A DNA stretch of 64,000 nucleotides from IMGVR_UViG_3300024259_000010:62001-126000, one strand, 5' to 3'. Counted from the stretch's first letter, positions 10,433-20,627 are shown. Notes: a model not told the origin generated them from the sequence alone. Numbers and translations: made by a program.

Positions 10433-12337
10433 TCAGGTGTCCTTATCTTGGTTGATATTAACACCATCAGGAATTAATACCTCATTCGTAAATAGGAACT
10501 TAATTGCAACTTCTCCAAAACGCTTCAAGAATTCAGTGTCGATAGATTTAGGTTGAATGATATTGGAGCTACCTCGCATAATATCATCTCTAGTAAACCA
10601 TCTAACCTCACCTGTAGTAACATCCATACTAGTCATATCTCTATCATAATCACGATTACCATAGATATAGTCTTTGAGTTCTTTTACTCTACTAGTTGGA
10701 AGCTTCTTACCACGTAGCTTCATCCCTAATCTAGTAAACGGATCAAGGTATTGTTCTTTTGGAATTGGAGCCTTGTCGATATATATAAGTTCTAGCATAG
10801 AATGAAAGGCATTCAAAAATATTTTAGCTATGTTTTTTTCTAAAAGATATGTTCCTCTCGAATCACTAACATTTTGAACTAAGCCAAAAGATTCGATATT
10901 TTCTCCATCAAAGTAAACCTTTTTGATCGACTTCTTGAGAGATTTATATCCACCCAAGGTAATCCCTTTGGATAGCGATTCTTTAACAGCTGCTAGCGCA
11001 TCTACAAGAACATCTTTACCTGCTCGATTATCATATCCAGATCCACCAATAACGATATAACCTTGTGCTTTACATTTAACAGCACTGGCAATACGTTTAG
11101 CAACGTCAGCCATATTAGATCCATCGTATACTTTAGCTCTAGAGTTTTTGATATCGTCTAGGAATTCATCAATTAGATAAACAAGAGATTTAGCTGGAGA
11201 AGTTTCTTTCTCCAATTCAGGATGAGAACCATCTACATTATACTCAACAAGATTCTTAATATATAAAGTTTCATTTTCATATTTAAAATCAATGTTGTTA
11301 AATGAGATAGAGGTATCCATCATATCTCTACGTAAATATCCAGTGGTAGCATATAGGGCTTCTAGATCATTAATAACAGGATGTTGCATCATAACTCTAA
11401 AGATAGTGATATCAACACCTTCTTTACGTCTAGTATAAAACAGTTCTGATAACTCAGATACAACTTTGGCATCCCTACCAAATCCAGTTATGATAACGAG
11501 AGGTCTATCTTCTGGTTTTCTATCGTTGATCTTCTTCTTGAGCTGTGTATATTCCAATCCAGTACAAGCAAGTTCACTAGATGTAACAATTAACTCGGAG
11601 TCTTCAGAATTGAATGTAGTACCGACCTCATTATTTAACATCTGATTACAGAGGATGAAAGCATTACATGAATATGAACTATCATCCACTTCAAGTTTAA
11701 ACTTCACATCAGTTTCTTTAATCTCTTTACGAAAGATGATAGTATCCCAAGCATGTTTAGGAAGCGTTGTCATTAACTCTGCTACCAATGAGCTTAGTTC
11801 TCTATCTCCATGTGAACTAGTTAGAGCTTGACTATATGCAATCTTATGTACAAAATCAGTATCACTAAGATCAATATCAATTGAGTAATTATGATCTAAC
11901 TCTTCAAGAACATTGTCACAGAATCTACCATATGCATCTAAGAAAAGCTTACGATTCACATATTGATTCTTATGTAAGTATTCTCTCAGTTGCGATAGTA
12001 GTTTTGTAGTGATCAACATACTTGATGTTGTACCGTCTCCAGCAGCATTATCAATCTTCTTACCAATGTAGGCAAGCATCTTTCTAGTTAACTCTTGGAT
12101 AGGGTTAATGTAAGTTACAGCATTGACGATATTAATACCGTCTGTTGTAAACACTGGTTCAGCTAATGGGTTAGTAGCATCAGGTGGTAACATTGCAAAC
12201 TTCCCATAAGGACCGCAATGGTTTTCTAATAGTTTACCTAGATCTTCTAGGGTCTTACACATAATATCATTAATACTATCTTGGTCGACAATATTACTAG
12301 CACCAATGTTAGTATTTAATACTTTCAAATTATCCAT
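10433..12337 (-). CDS. groEL: Phage GroEL-like chaperonin (divergent)
   Basis: GPYG (GPKG), FTTDG (ITKDG), AGDGTTS (GDGTTT), VDALAA (EDALHA). Start at 12337 (MDNLK, AAGGG RBS) is preferred over 12367. Confidence 0.8.
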   Translation of the reverse strand: MDNLKVLNTNIGASNIVDQDSINDIMCKTLEDLGKLLENHCGPYGKFAMLPPDATNPLAEPVFTTDGINIVNAVTYINPIQELTRKMLAYIGKKIDNAAGDGTTSSMLITTKLLSQLREYLHKNQYVNRKLFLDAYGRFCDNVLEELDHNYSIDIDLSDTDFVHKIAYSQALTSSHGDRELSSLVAELMTTLPKHAWDTIIFRKEIKETDVKFKLEVDDSSYSCNAFILCNQMLNNEVGTTFNSEDSELIVTSSELACTGLEYTQLKKKINDRKPEDRPLVIITGFGRDAKVVSELSELFYTRRKEGVDITIFRVMMQHPVINDLEALYATTGYLRRDMMDTSISFNNIDFKYENETLYIKNLVEYNVDGSHPELEKETSPAKSLVYLIDEFLDDIKNSRAKVYDGSNMADVAKRIASAVKCKAQGYIVIGGSGYDNRAGKDVLVDALAAVKESLSKGITLGGYKSLKKSIKKVYFDGENIESFGLVQNVSDSRGTYLLEKNIAKIFLNAFHSMLELIYIDKAPIPKEQYLDPFTRLGMKLRGKKLPTSRVKELKDYIYGNRDYDRDMTSMDVTTGEVRWFTRDDIMRGSSNIIQPKSIDTEFLKRFGEVAIKFLFTNEVLIPDGVNINQDKDT

Positions 12338-12719
12338 TATTATTTCCCTTGTCAATCTGGTTCTCAACAGCCGCCTTAGCAGCCTGCCTTGTTGTTATGT
12401 ATTCATCAGATATTTCTATGGCACGTTTATCATAAGCTCTGAATGTTACAAAATCTATATCATACAGATCCTTCAAAACCATGCCACAGATATCTTTGAA
12501 ATATACGGTTGTCCCCATTGGGTCTTCGTAAATTGTTCTGAAAGCTAATTCTTCAACTAGTTCCGAAAATATATTACAACCGTATTCTTCAATGTCTGAG
12601 AAATAATCATAAGTACTTGAATCGATAAATTCAGATTTAGATTTTTTATCGAATGAAGTATTTAGATATAGTTGGTATACAAATTTATCCATACCTTCTA
12701 TATCAGGCTTGTTATCCAT
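12330..12719 (-). CDS. Hypothetical protein
   Basis: 129 aa; stop overlaps the chaperonin start. Confidence 0.55.
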   Translation of the reverse strand: MDNKPDIEGMDKFVYQLYLNTSFDKKSKSEFIDSSTYDYFSDIEEYGCNIFSELVEELAFRTIYEDPMGTTVYFKDICGMVLKDLYDIDFVTFRAYDKRAIEISDEYITTRQAAKAAVENQIDKGNNNG

Positions 12720-12751
12720 ATACCTATCAAATATCTCGTGGTATTCTACGC

Positions 12752-14335
12752 CTAGCTCAAAGAGAGGCCCAGCTCGATCAATAACTGATAGGTAAGGTCG
12801 AAAAAAAGTCGTTCAACGTCCCATGCAATATAACCACTCTTTGAATCAACCGCTGTATCACAGTTCTCACAATTATGTGGACGGTACCCGATTAACACAC
12901 CCGGTGTCGAACGAATGAATTCAATAATCTTAGTATGGAACTCTTCATTACTATCATCATAACCTAGGGATTCTAGAATAGATGGATAAGCTTTCTTATC
13001 TTTAGTCGTAGTAACTTCTTTACCATCTTCCATAAGAGCGATCTCTTCGATCCAAGGAATATAGTTTCTATTAAAGTCAATAATAAATCTATTCAACAGT
13101 TCTCTGTTGCGGATATTATTAACATTATTAGTAGCAGCTACCATACTTGCAATAGTACTCTTAGCAAATTCAGAGTATTCTAACATTGAAGGTACATGAA
13201 GTTTGTACTTAATATCATTGTGCTCTAAAGCTGTAGATGAGTTAAGTAAGTTATCACGATATTCAGTAAGTTCTTCCGGTGTGATATCTTTCTTATCATC
13301 ATGGATAAACTCTAATGCAGCAGCAGAAACAACTTTGTTATTCAACAAGAATGTTTTCTGAATATCAAGAGTATACTTATTATCATGCTTACATTCCAAA
13401 CACTTGAGACCAATTTCAATCGGTTCTTTGTAGATCAATGAAGACATAGCCCATAGGATCACATCGTAGTCATGGAAAGAGATATTGCTAAACAACGTAG
13501 TGCTGTTAGACCATCCCTTTAAGTTACTAGATACAATACATACTGGTAGGATGTCCATGAACTTCTGTTTAATGAAGGCATCATGAATAGTGAATCGATA
13601 GTAACCAAGTAGGCGACCAAGTTCGGTATCATCCATATCAACACTGTTGAAGAACATATTCAACTCACCCATAGTCAATGGACGAATAACAATATGGAAT
13701 CCTGAGTTGTACAGATATACTTTCTTAAGACCGCGAAGCTTAGCTGTAAATGCAAGAGCAGCTTGTTCACCTTTAAGATCTTTACCAAATCGTCCACCGT
13801 GTGATGACTTCATTGCAATTGGATCTAGATCTGTAGTTTCAAGCTTCTTGAAAATTTCATTTACAGATTGGGCAGCAGCTGTTTGTGTTGAAGATCTAAG
13901 AATATCAATTAGGTCTGCAGCATATCCTTCTGGATTCTCCTGGAACTCTTTAGAATTAATAGTCTTAGCCTGAGTTTCTAATTCACTCTGTAGTTTTTCT
14001 TCAGTACCATAAGTGGCTGAAATTTCAAACTTATCTTTTACTTCAGGGTTGTCTTCTTTCTTAGTACCAACATTTGCACCAGGTAGTGAATCAGCAACTA
14101 CTGAATTCTTACTTCCACTTGTTGGTACGATTGGTGACCGTTTAATTTCAGGTTGTACTCCTGATGGTGTAGTTTGGTCTTCAACATGTTCTGGTTCCGT
14201 AGCTGGTTCTACAGGCGGTAAAAGACTTTCAGTGGCTTCTTCTTCTAACTCAGAAGTTTCTTCCGCAACCACTTCTTCCACAACCTCTTCAACTTCTTCT
14301 ACTGGGTCGTTAAACCCTGGATCTTTTTCTGACAT
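12752..14335 (-). CDS. Conserved-type jumbo phage protein with two CxxC motifs (possible baseplate-hub assembly type)
   Basis: 527 aa, GAGG RBS; acidic disordered N-terminus; CLEC and CENC motifs. Confidence 0.5.
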   Translation of the reverse strand: MSEKDPGFNDPVEEVEEVVEEVVAEETSELEEEATESLLPPVEPATEPEHVEDQTTPSGVQPEIKRSPIVPTSGSKNSVVADSLPGANVGTKKEDNPEVKDKFEISATYGTEEKLQSELETQAKTINSKEFQENPEGYAADLIDILRSSTQTAAAQSVNEIFKKLETTDLDPIAMKSSHGGRFGKDLKGEQAALAFTAKLRGLKKVYLYNSGFHIVIRPLTMGELNMFFNSVDMDDTELGRLLGYYRFTIHDAFIKQKFMDILPVCIVSSNLKGWSNSTTLFSNISFHDYDVILWAMSSLIYKEPIEIGLKCLECKHDNKYTLDIQKTFLLNNKVVSAAALEFIHDDKKDITPEELTEYRDNLLNSSTALEHNDIKYKLHVPSMLEYSEFAKSTIASMVAATNNVNNIRNRELLNRFIIDFNRNYIPWIEEIALMEDGKEVTTTKDKKAYPSILESLGYDDSNEEFHTKIIEFIRSTPGVLIGYRPHNCENCDTAVDSKSGYIAWDVERLFFDLTYQLLIELGLSLS

Positions 14336-14350
14336 AGTATTTCCTCAATC

Positions 14351-15148
14351 CTATTTCTTTTTCTTTATATAAATAAAACTTAATATGGGGAATGATGAAA
14401 CAGTGTTCATCGCATCCTCATATGTGTAATAAAATCTGACAACCCCACCGACAATTCCGATGTTGATATATAGTTTAGCATCTTTTTGTTTCTTAACAAA
14501 CTCGCTTATACTTACAGATGTTATTCCTTCAAACTGTGGTAACTTAAATGGTTTATATCCTGTAAAATCAAACTCAAGAATATTAACATTAGATTTAATA
14601 AAAGGTGTCCAATCTACTTCATGTTTAACCCAACTATTGGGATTACCATAAAGATCTATAAAACTATTAAACATATCTTCAATATAATCACGCTCAATAT
14701 GAGACATCTTAAAGACAACTGGGAATTGTACAACGGTATCTACCTTCTTTACTTTACGTGTTTTGTTAACATATAAATATGTTCCACAATCAGATATATG
14801 TAGTACTTCAGTAATTCCTTTTTTATCTTTATGTTCACGTATTAAAGCTTGTACTTCAAATATATTTACAGCACATCCTCTAGTGTCACCTAATTTATCT
14901 ATTGGTAAATACACACTAAGCATCTTAATGAAATCAATGTTCTTCTGATCCACCGAATGAATAGTATCTTCAATAGTTGGACGTACAATCAATAACTCTG
15001 ATGGTTCCAATGTTGAATACACTGCTCTATTCGGTGTGTCATTAAACATATAAATGTAACGTTGTTTTCTACAAAACAAAGAAGAAAAATATTGTTTCCA
15101 TAATTTCTTAAATGGTTTATCATCAATGTCGTATTTTAGATCATCCAT
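14351..15148 (-). CDS. Hypothetical protein coupled to DNA polymerase
   Basis: 265 aa; start overlaps the polymerase stop by 8 nt. Confidence 0.6.
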   Translation of the reverse strand: MDDLKYDIDDKPFKKLWKQYFSSLFCRKQRYIYMFNDTPNRAVYSTLEPSELLIVRPTIEDTIHSVDQKNIDFIKMLSVYLPIDKLGDTRGCAVNIFEVQALIREHKDKKGITEVLHISDCGTYLYVNKTRKVKKVDTVVQFPVVFKMSHIERDYIEDMFNSFIDLYGNPNSWVKHEVDWTPFIKSNVNILEFDFTGYKPFKLPQFEGITSVSISEFVKKQKDAKLYINIGIVGGVVRFYYTYEDAMNTVSSFPILSFIYIKKKK

Positions 15149-17240
15149 AAATATCCTTTAACATTAACTTTTGTTTTGAGTAACCAACACCCATGTTTAA
15201 ACTATCTAGTGTTAGATATACAGGGTTAACATTATAGTAAGCAAGATGTCTTGTATCAATCAATGGTAGTAACTCATCTGGTACTTTATTTTGAGTTGCT
15301 TCAATAAAGAACGATGAAGGCCATTTCTTATTTATCTCAATGAACTGTTTAAACTTATCATGGATAACTGGGTCCATTTCTTTTAGTTGTGCAAAATATA
15401 GTTCCGTTGGTTTAATTATTTTCAACAAACGTAATTTATCCGGAGGACGGATCTCACCATATTTCTCACCAAAGATAAAGTTCCAAGCCTTCGTATAAAA
15501 GAATGCTGTTCTATCAGCATCATCGTAGTCATCTGCATTACCAAATGAAACAATAGGAAGGAATTGTAATTCACCCTTTTTAAGAGATGTATCAATCTTG
15601 GTTTCAAATGCAACTGTCTTGTCGATAATATCAGTAGCAGAGATAGCCCCACTCATGACGGGTTTAAGAATATCATTAATCAAAAGATTACTAGCAAACT
15701 CTTTCGCTTCCATTGACGCACTGACACCTCGGATACTTGCACCCTTAATATCAGGTTTCATCTCATTCAGGAATACTCCTTCTTGAACCTTAATAATACC
15801 AGCATACACTTTCTTAATGTCAAACAAAAGAAGGGATGGATAAAGGAATTCATTCTTCATCTTAATATCTGCAATATCATCTCCAGTTGCCCCAATACCA
15901 ATAATGTATTTACCCATCGTATCTGCATTAGCTTCAGATAACCAATATGTTACTAAGGCCGCAATGTTGTAACTACCATGAACAATCTCTTCTCCACCTG
16001 TAAACCAAACTGCCCAGTCTTTCGCTGTATAGATAACAGAGTCTGTATCCGACACAACAACTGCTTGTCTCTGCATAGAACTTCTATGCAATGCATGTTG
16101 GAAATTAATATCGTGGAAAACAAATGTATCAAATAGATTATTAAATACGTCTAGATGTTTAGAAACATTTCTATGTACTTGTACACACATCTTCGCTGCT
16201 TCTGGAAACTCTTCAACAATGTCTTTAATATTAACATCTTTTAATTCATTAGACACGACCGTTGTAACGATAGCCATAATGTCACCATTGCATTTATAAT
16301 ACATATCAGGTGTTATATCAGAATCTATCTTACCATTAGGTTTTGTATTAAATACATTACTAACTAGAGGTTTGAATATTTCTTCATTTTCCATTAACAA
16401 ATGTTTTAAGTTATTGTGATAATATATGAAATCAATAATGTGTTGTGGTAACTGCATTAAATAATCGATTACGTATGTTTCTTCTAACTTAATACTTCTA
16501 TCGTACAATTGTATCTGTTGATTCAAATATCGTAACAGTGTTCCAAATTCAATATGCTTAAGACCATATTTATTTATTGTTGTGTTAATAGATTTAGCTG
16601 AAGGACCATAGTTCATAACAATTGAAATTAAGTTAGTAACTTCTTCAATATTAAACAATGGTAGATTACCACCTAAGAATTGTTCACAACATGTGAATGA
16701 ATTTGAGATCAACATACGAGCAGTTGATGTAACTGCGTTATAAGATCCTTTGTCATAGAAAAGATTTGATGCTGATCCATAACCACCAGGTAATGCATTA
16801 AGTTTTACTTTAATAGCATTCTGCTCTGCTTTATATTTAGCAGCCAGTTCTTTATTACCATCTGCTACAGCTTTAAACATTTTCTTCTTAACTGATGATC
16901 TGAACTTTAATCCATCTTTAACCAATGCTGATACAAATGATCGTTTCTTAGTAACGGGTACATACAAACTACCACTTGGTGATACAATAGCATCTTTTAA
17001 TATATTTGCAAACTCAGTAAACTTTAGAGTTTGTTGTTCAAGTTTTCCATCAGCGACTGTTCTAACAACATCAATGTTTGGTAGACTAACATTATCTTCA
17101 ATTTGTTTATTCACAAATGTTGTCGCCTCATCCTTTGATATATTCTTAGATGTCATAAGGAATCTAACCATGTTTTGAACATAGGTTTCACACAAAGATG
17201 ATCTATCAATTTTACTTACTGACCGCTTCTTTCTTTTCAT
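15141..17240 (-). CDS. Family B DNA polymerase, split subunit (phiKZ gp82-like)
   Basis: 699 aa; motif B KVKLNALPG, motif C SDTDSVIY, KKVYAG and IKG; no exonuclease domain evident. Confidence 0.85.
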   Translation of the reverse strand: MKRKKRSVSKIDRSSLCETYVQNMVRFLMTSKNISKDEATTFVNKQIEDNVSLPNIDVVRTVADGKLEQQTLKFTEFANILKDAIVSPSGSLYVPVTKKRSFVSALVKDGLKFRSSVKKKMFKAVADGNKELAAKYKAEQNAIKVKLNALPGGYGSASNLFYDKGSYNAVTSTARMLISNSFTCCEQFLGGNLPLFNIEEVTNLISIVMNYGPSAKSINTTINKYGLKHIEFGTLLRYLNQQIQLYDRSIKLEETYVIDYLMQLPQHIIDFIYYHNNLKHLLMENEEIFKPLVSNVFNTKPNGKIDSDITPDMYYKCNGDIMAIVTTVVSNELKDVNIKDIVEEFPEAAKMCVQVHRNVSKHLDVFNNLFDTFVFHDINFQHALHRSSMQRQAVVVSDTDSVIYTAKDWAVWFTGGEEIVHGSYNIAALVTYWLSEANADTMGKYIIGIGATGDDIADIKMKNEFLYPSLLLFDIKKVYAGIIKVQEGVFLNEMKPDIKGASIRGVSASMEAKEFASNLLINDILKPVMSGAISATDIIDKTVAFETKIDTSLKKGELQFLPIVSFGNADDYDDADRTAFFYTKAWNFIFGEKYGEIRPPDKLRLLKIIKPTELYFAQLKEMDPVIHDKFKQFIEINKKWPSSFFIEATQNKVPDELLPLIDTRHLAYYNVNPVYLTLDSLNMGVGYSKQKLMLKDIYG

Positions 17241-17331
17241 AAAATTTATACCTCATTTGTTTCTTCAAACAATGTCCTCAATGAGTATTTTTTAAACAAT
17301 AGGGTATCCGTGTTATTCAATAAATTATAGG

Positions 17332-17350
17332 CATATATTACTTATATAGA
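17332..17350 (+). promoter_or_regulatory. Early-type promoter motif CATATATTACTTATATAGA
   Basis: Repeated motif lying upstream of three small ORFs. Confidence 0.65.
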
Positions 17351-17381
17351 TAAACTGATTTAATAATGAAAAGGAAAGCTT

Positions 17382-17486
17382 ATGCGAAAGAAGATTCTAA
17401 CGAAGTCACAAAAGGAAGCGCTTATTCGTAAATTGGATAGAAGTATTCAAGAAACCGAACAAGCTCGTAAAGATACCAGAAAATAA
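17382..17486 (+). CDS. Small basic protein, 34 aa (MRKKILTKSQKEALIRKLDRSIQETEQARKDTRK)
   Basis: Read manually; AAGGA RBS; directly after the early motif. Confidence 0.6.
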   Translation: MRKKILTKSQKEALIRKLDRSIQETEQARKDTRK

Positions 17487-17503
17487 ATAACCGGGAGTAT
17501 CAG

Positions 17504-17659
17504 ATGGAAAAAAATTGGAAAGAACGCTTTGCTGGTAACAAAGACATGGTGATTGTAGCAGCTGAGGGTGCAATCGAAGGTGCAAAAGATGCCGCTATTA
17601 TTTTAGGTGGTATTGGTATTTTCTTTGCCTGCGTTAAGTATTGCAAAGATAATAATTAG
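17504..17659 (+). CDS. Small membrane protein, 51 aa
   Basis: GGAG RBS; MEKNWKERFAGNKDMVIVAAEGAIEGAKDAAIILGGIGIFFACVKYCKDNN with a C-terminal hydrophobic helix. Confidence 0.65.
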   Translation: MEKNWKERFAGNKDMVIVAAEGAIEGAKDAAIILGGIGIFFACVKYCKDNN

Positions 17660-17738
17660 ATAACTACACCAGTGATGAGATATTCACTGGTTAATAATTT
17701 TTCGCGAAACAAAATACTAAATCCTAAAGGAGGATATT

Positions 17739-17906
17739 ATGGCTGAAGAAGAAGAAGCATTGGTTGTAGAAGGTGAACAAAAAGAAGGTGTCAATTGGCG
17801 CGGTGTCGCCCACGACACATATACTGGAGTAAAGGAAGGCGGCAAGATTGTACTTGGTACACTCGCTGTTGTCGGTCTTTGTAAATATATCTTCGGTGGT
17901 GATTAA
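17739..17906 (+). CDS. Small membrane protein, 55 aa, probable paralog of 17504-17659
   Basis: AAGGAGG RBS; MAEEEEALVVEGEQKEGVNWRGVAHDTYTGVKEGGKIVLGTLAVVGLCKYIFGGD. Confidence 0.7.
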   Translation: MAEEEEALVVEGEQKEGVNWRGVAHDTYTGVKEGGKIVLGTLAVVGLCKYIFGGD

Positions 17907-17914
17907 TCACTGTT

Positions 17915-17949
17915 AAAATATAACCCTGTAAAAGGGGTTATATTTTTTT
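17915..17949 (+). terminator. Rho-independent terminator
   Basis: Stem AAAATATAACCC/GGGTTATATTTT followed by a T run. Confidence 0.7.
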
Positions 17950-18064
17950 GCCCACATTTGAATGACGGCTACGCCTATGCTTATATCAGGGGGTGTAAAT
18001 TTATGTATTATAATTTAATCATCAATTAAAATAAAAAGAATAGAAAATACGATAGTGTTTGACT

Positions 18065-18170
18065 CGCGTGCGCGTATAGTACAGAGTACTTAATACTACG
18101 TATATTAAATATAACTATATATTATACGTAGTATATATATATTTATATATATGTTATATACTTGCACGCG
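18065..18170. repeat. Nested inverted repeats with (TA)n core and CGCG-rich flanks
   Basis: CGCGTGCgcGTATA (18065-18078) pairs with TATACttGCACGCG (18157-18170); perfect ATACTACGTATA (18093-18104) pairs with TATACGTAGTAT (18123-18134). Confidence 0.7.
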
Positions 18171-18264
18171 CCTGCGCGCGAACTAACGCTCCGCGTTCTC
18201 TCCCCCTCTATAAAATAGGTAAATTGATTATTTTTTTAATTTTTAATAAATGAACACCTATTGA

Positions 18265-18273
18265 CATTATATG
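18265..18273 (+). promoter_or_regulatory. Late-type promoter motif CATTATATG
   Basis: CATnnTATG about 36 nt upstream of the operon carrying a virion RNAP subunit. Confidence 0.4.
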
Positions 18274-18309
18274 GACAAAACTATATTATTTAAATAAAGG
18301 ATTTACAAT

Positions 18310-19302
18310 ATGGATACATTAGACTACTATAAAGAAGTTATAGATATTATATTGAAATCATCTGAGAGCATCACCGAGTACATGATACTTAAGTATGGCG
18401 TTGATGGTGTTAATGATTTTGAAAACTATGATTTACGTAATGTGTATACTGAATGTCTTAAACTGTTACTTGAAGAACTACATCAGATAGGTATTGAATT
18501 TAATGAAACTACTGATCTAGAATACAACTCTGTGGTTACAAGAGTAGCAATTCTATTACGATATATGTTTGACAAGAAAGAACTCAATATACATATTAAT
18601 TCATCCGAGACTATAAAGACAGCTGTTCATGATTACATCAATGATGGTAATTACAATGAAGATCTGTTTATCACTGGATTAATCGAAACACTGTTTGAAG
18701 TAAATAAGCTATCTCTAAATTGGGAGTTCTTACACCGCAATAGATTTACATTTAAAAATACTGACAAGTTGCTTAAGCATGTATCAGTAATCATGGATAA
18801 GGATTTGTATATAACAGATGATCATGCAGATAAAATCTCTAGATACATTGTTGCAATTGTTAACCATGTTAATTTCGTAAGAGAGACAGTACAGTTTGTA
18901 TTAAGTAACTATGTAGCTGTTCTTGATTACTCAATGTCTGATTTTGATTTCAAATTATATGATGTAGATTTAAATAGAATACCTGTGGAATACATTGATA
19001 TTTATTTAGATGAAAGTGATCCTCATCCAGTATGTACTAAACGTGATGGTGATATAGATTTCATTACTTCTCATAAGAAAGCTAAAGATCATCATTTTAA
19101 TTATTATATTGAGAATGGTAATAAGACACCTACGTTCAAACAGATTGTAGTATTGTTTGCTGAGTATTTAAGACCTCATTTATCTATTGAACAGAACATG
19201 GAAATGTTTACAGTTCTGACAAACAAAGCCTCTTTTAAAGAATCTGATGTAACCATATTAAAAGATTTGGTTAATTTATATTTTGAAAAGAAGAAAGGTT
19301 GA
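18310..19302 (+). CDS. Hypothetical protein
   Basis: 330 aa, AAGGA RBS. Confidence 0.65.
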   Translation: MDTLDYYKEVIDIILKSSESITEYMILKYGVDGVNDFENYDLRNVYTECLKLLLEELHQIGIEFNETTDLEYNSVVTRVAILLRYMFDKKELNIHINSSETIKTAVHDYINDGNYNEDLFITGLIETLFEVNKLSLNWEFLHRNRFTFKNTDKLLKHVSVIMDKDLYITDDHADKISRYIVAIVNHVNFVRETVQFVLSNYVAVLDYSMSDFDFKLYDVDLNRIPVEYIDIYLDESDPHPVCTKRDGDIDFITSHKKAKDHHFNYYIENGNKTPTFKQIVVLFAEYLRPHLSIEQNMEMFTVLTNKASFKESDVTILKDLVNLYFEKKKG

Positions 19303-19305
19303 TAG

Positions 19306-20604
19306 ATGTTTATTAAATACATTAAGCCTAGAATGGAAAGATTGTTAGAACGTGCATTCTTATTAAACACATTCACATACTTATATGATCGGCCTGTTGT
19401 AGGAGTTGATGATCCTAATCAAGAAGATATTTTTTTTCTTAAAAAAGACATGACTCCAGCTACTGCTAGATATGGATACTATGTGGGAGAAACCTTAGTA
19501 GAGATCCCAGTATCAAAACATAACACAGGTGCACCGTTTTCTATTTACAATCATATCAAAATTAAGAATGGTGACATAGCTAACTATACTTCAGAATCAG
19601 AAATTGATACAACCATTGGTAGATTTATTTCAAACTACATAGTAGTAGTATCTATTGTAGGAGATAAGATCCCATACCACAATGACATATGGGATATTAA
19701 GAATCTTCAAAATCAATACTCACAATTGATATTGGATGGTAAAGCACCAGCTACTGATTATAGAAAATATATTGACCATGGGTATTTCTTAGCTCATTTT
19801 TCTGAACTATGTGTTCCTACACTAACTGAAAAAGCAATGACTACAGATCCTCAAATACCTATTCGTAAAGCTGAGCTACTAGAGTTACATAAAGATGAAT
19901 TAAGTGATCCTAAAGTAGTGGCTGCAATCGAAGAAGAGCTTATCAATATGGATAAAGCTTGGATCAAAGGCGATCCTGCTGAAGGGTTCTATGGAGCATC
20001 TAAGAAATCGTACAATGTCCAACGTAAGAAAATGCACATCATGGTTGGTGGAGTTGAAGACTTCAATCCAGATGGTGGAACTATTACTATATCGCATTCA
20101 TTAAGTGAAGGTATTAATGCAAAAGCATTTGCCGCTGTTGCTAATGAGATTAGAAAAGGTCATTATGATCGTGGTAAAGAAACCGCTAAAGGTGGTGAGA
20201 TGACCAAGTTCATTTTCAGAGCTTTCCAAGATATTAAAATTACTGAAGATGATTGTAAAACTAAACGTGGTATCCCAGTTGTATTTGGTGATATACTTAA
20301 CATAGAAGATTTTATAAGTCGTATGATATTAGTTGGTCCTGACAAGAGAGAGGTTGAGATCACTAGAGAAAATATGAAATCTTATATCGGTAAGACTGTT
20401 ATATTACGATCACCTATGACATGTGCATCTGAATTAGGACTATGTTATCACTGCAGTGGTCTTAACTTTAAAAAATTAAATATCGCTAACCCTGGTGTAA
20501 GAGCTATTGAAATTAGTTCTAAGTTTATGTATGCTTCTATGTTATCAATGCATGGAACAGCCATTCAAACTAATCAGATAAATCCAGAAGAATTCATTGT
20601 TTAA
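19306..20604 (+). CDS. Virion RNA polymerase beta' C-terminal subunit (phiKZ gp80-like)
   Basis: Bridge-helix-like RGKETAKGG, ITEDDCKT, LRSPMTC...CYHCSG zinc site, trigger-loop-like SMLSMHG. Confidence 0.85.
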   Translation: MFIKYIKPRMERLLERAFLLNTFTYLYDRPVVGVDDPNQEDIFFLKKDMTPATARYGYYVGETLVEIPVSKHNTGAPFSIYNHIKIKNGDIANYTSESEIDTTIGRFISNYIVVVSIVGDKIPYHNDIWDIKNLQNQYSQLILDGKAPATDYRKYIDHGYFLAHFSELCVPTLTEKAMTTDPQIPIRKAELLELHKDELSDPKVVAAIEEELINMDKAWIKGDPAEGFYGASKKSYNVQRKKMHIMVGGVEDFNPDGGTITISHSLSEGINAKAFAAVANEIRKGHYDRGKETAKGGEMTKFIFRAFQDIKITEDDCKTKRGIPVVFGDILNIEDFISRMILVGPDKREVEITRENMKSYIGKTVILRSPMTCASELGLCYHCSGLNFKKLNIANPGVRAIEISSKFMYASMLSMHGTAIQTNQINPEEFIV

Positions 20605-20627
20605 AAATTAATTAAAGGAGAAATATT

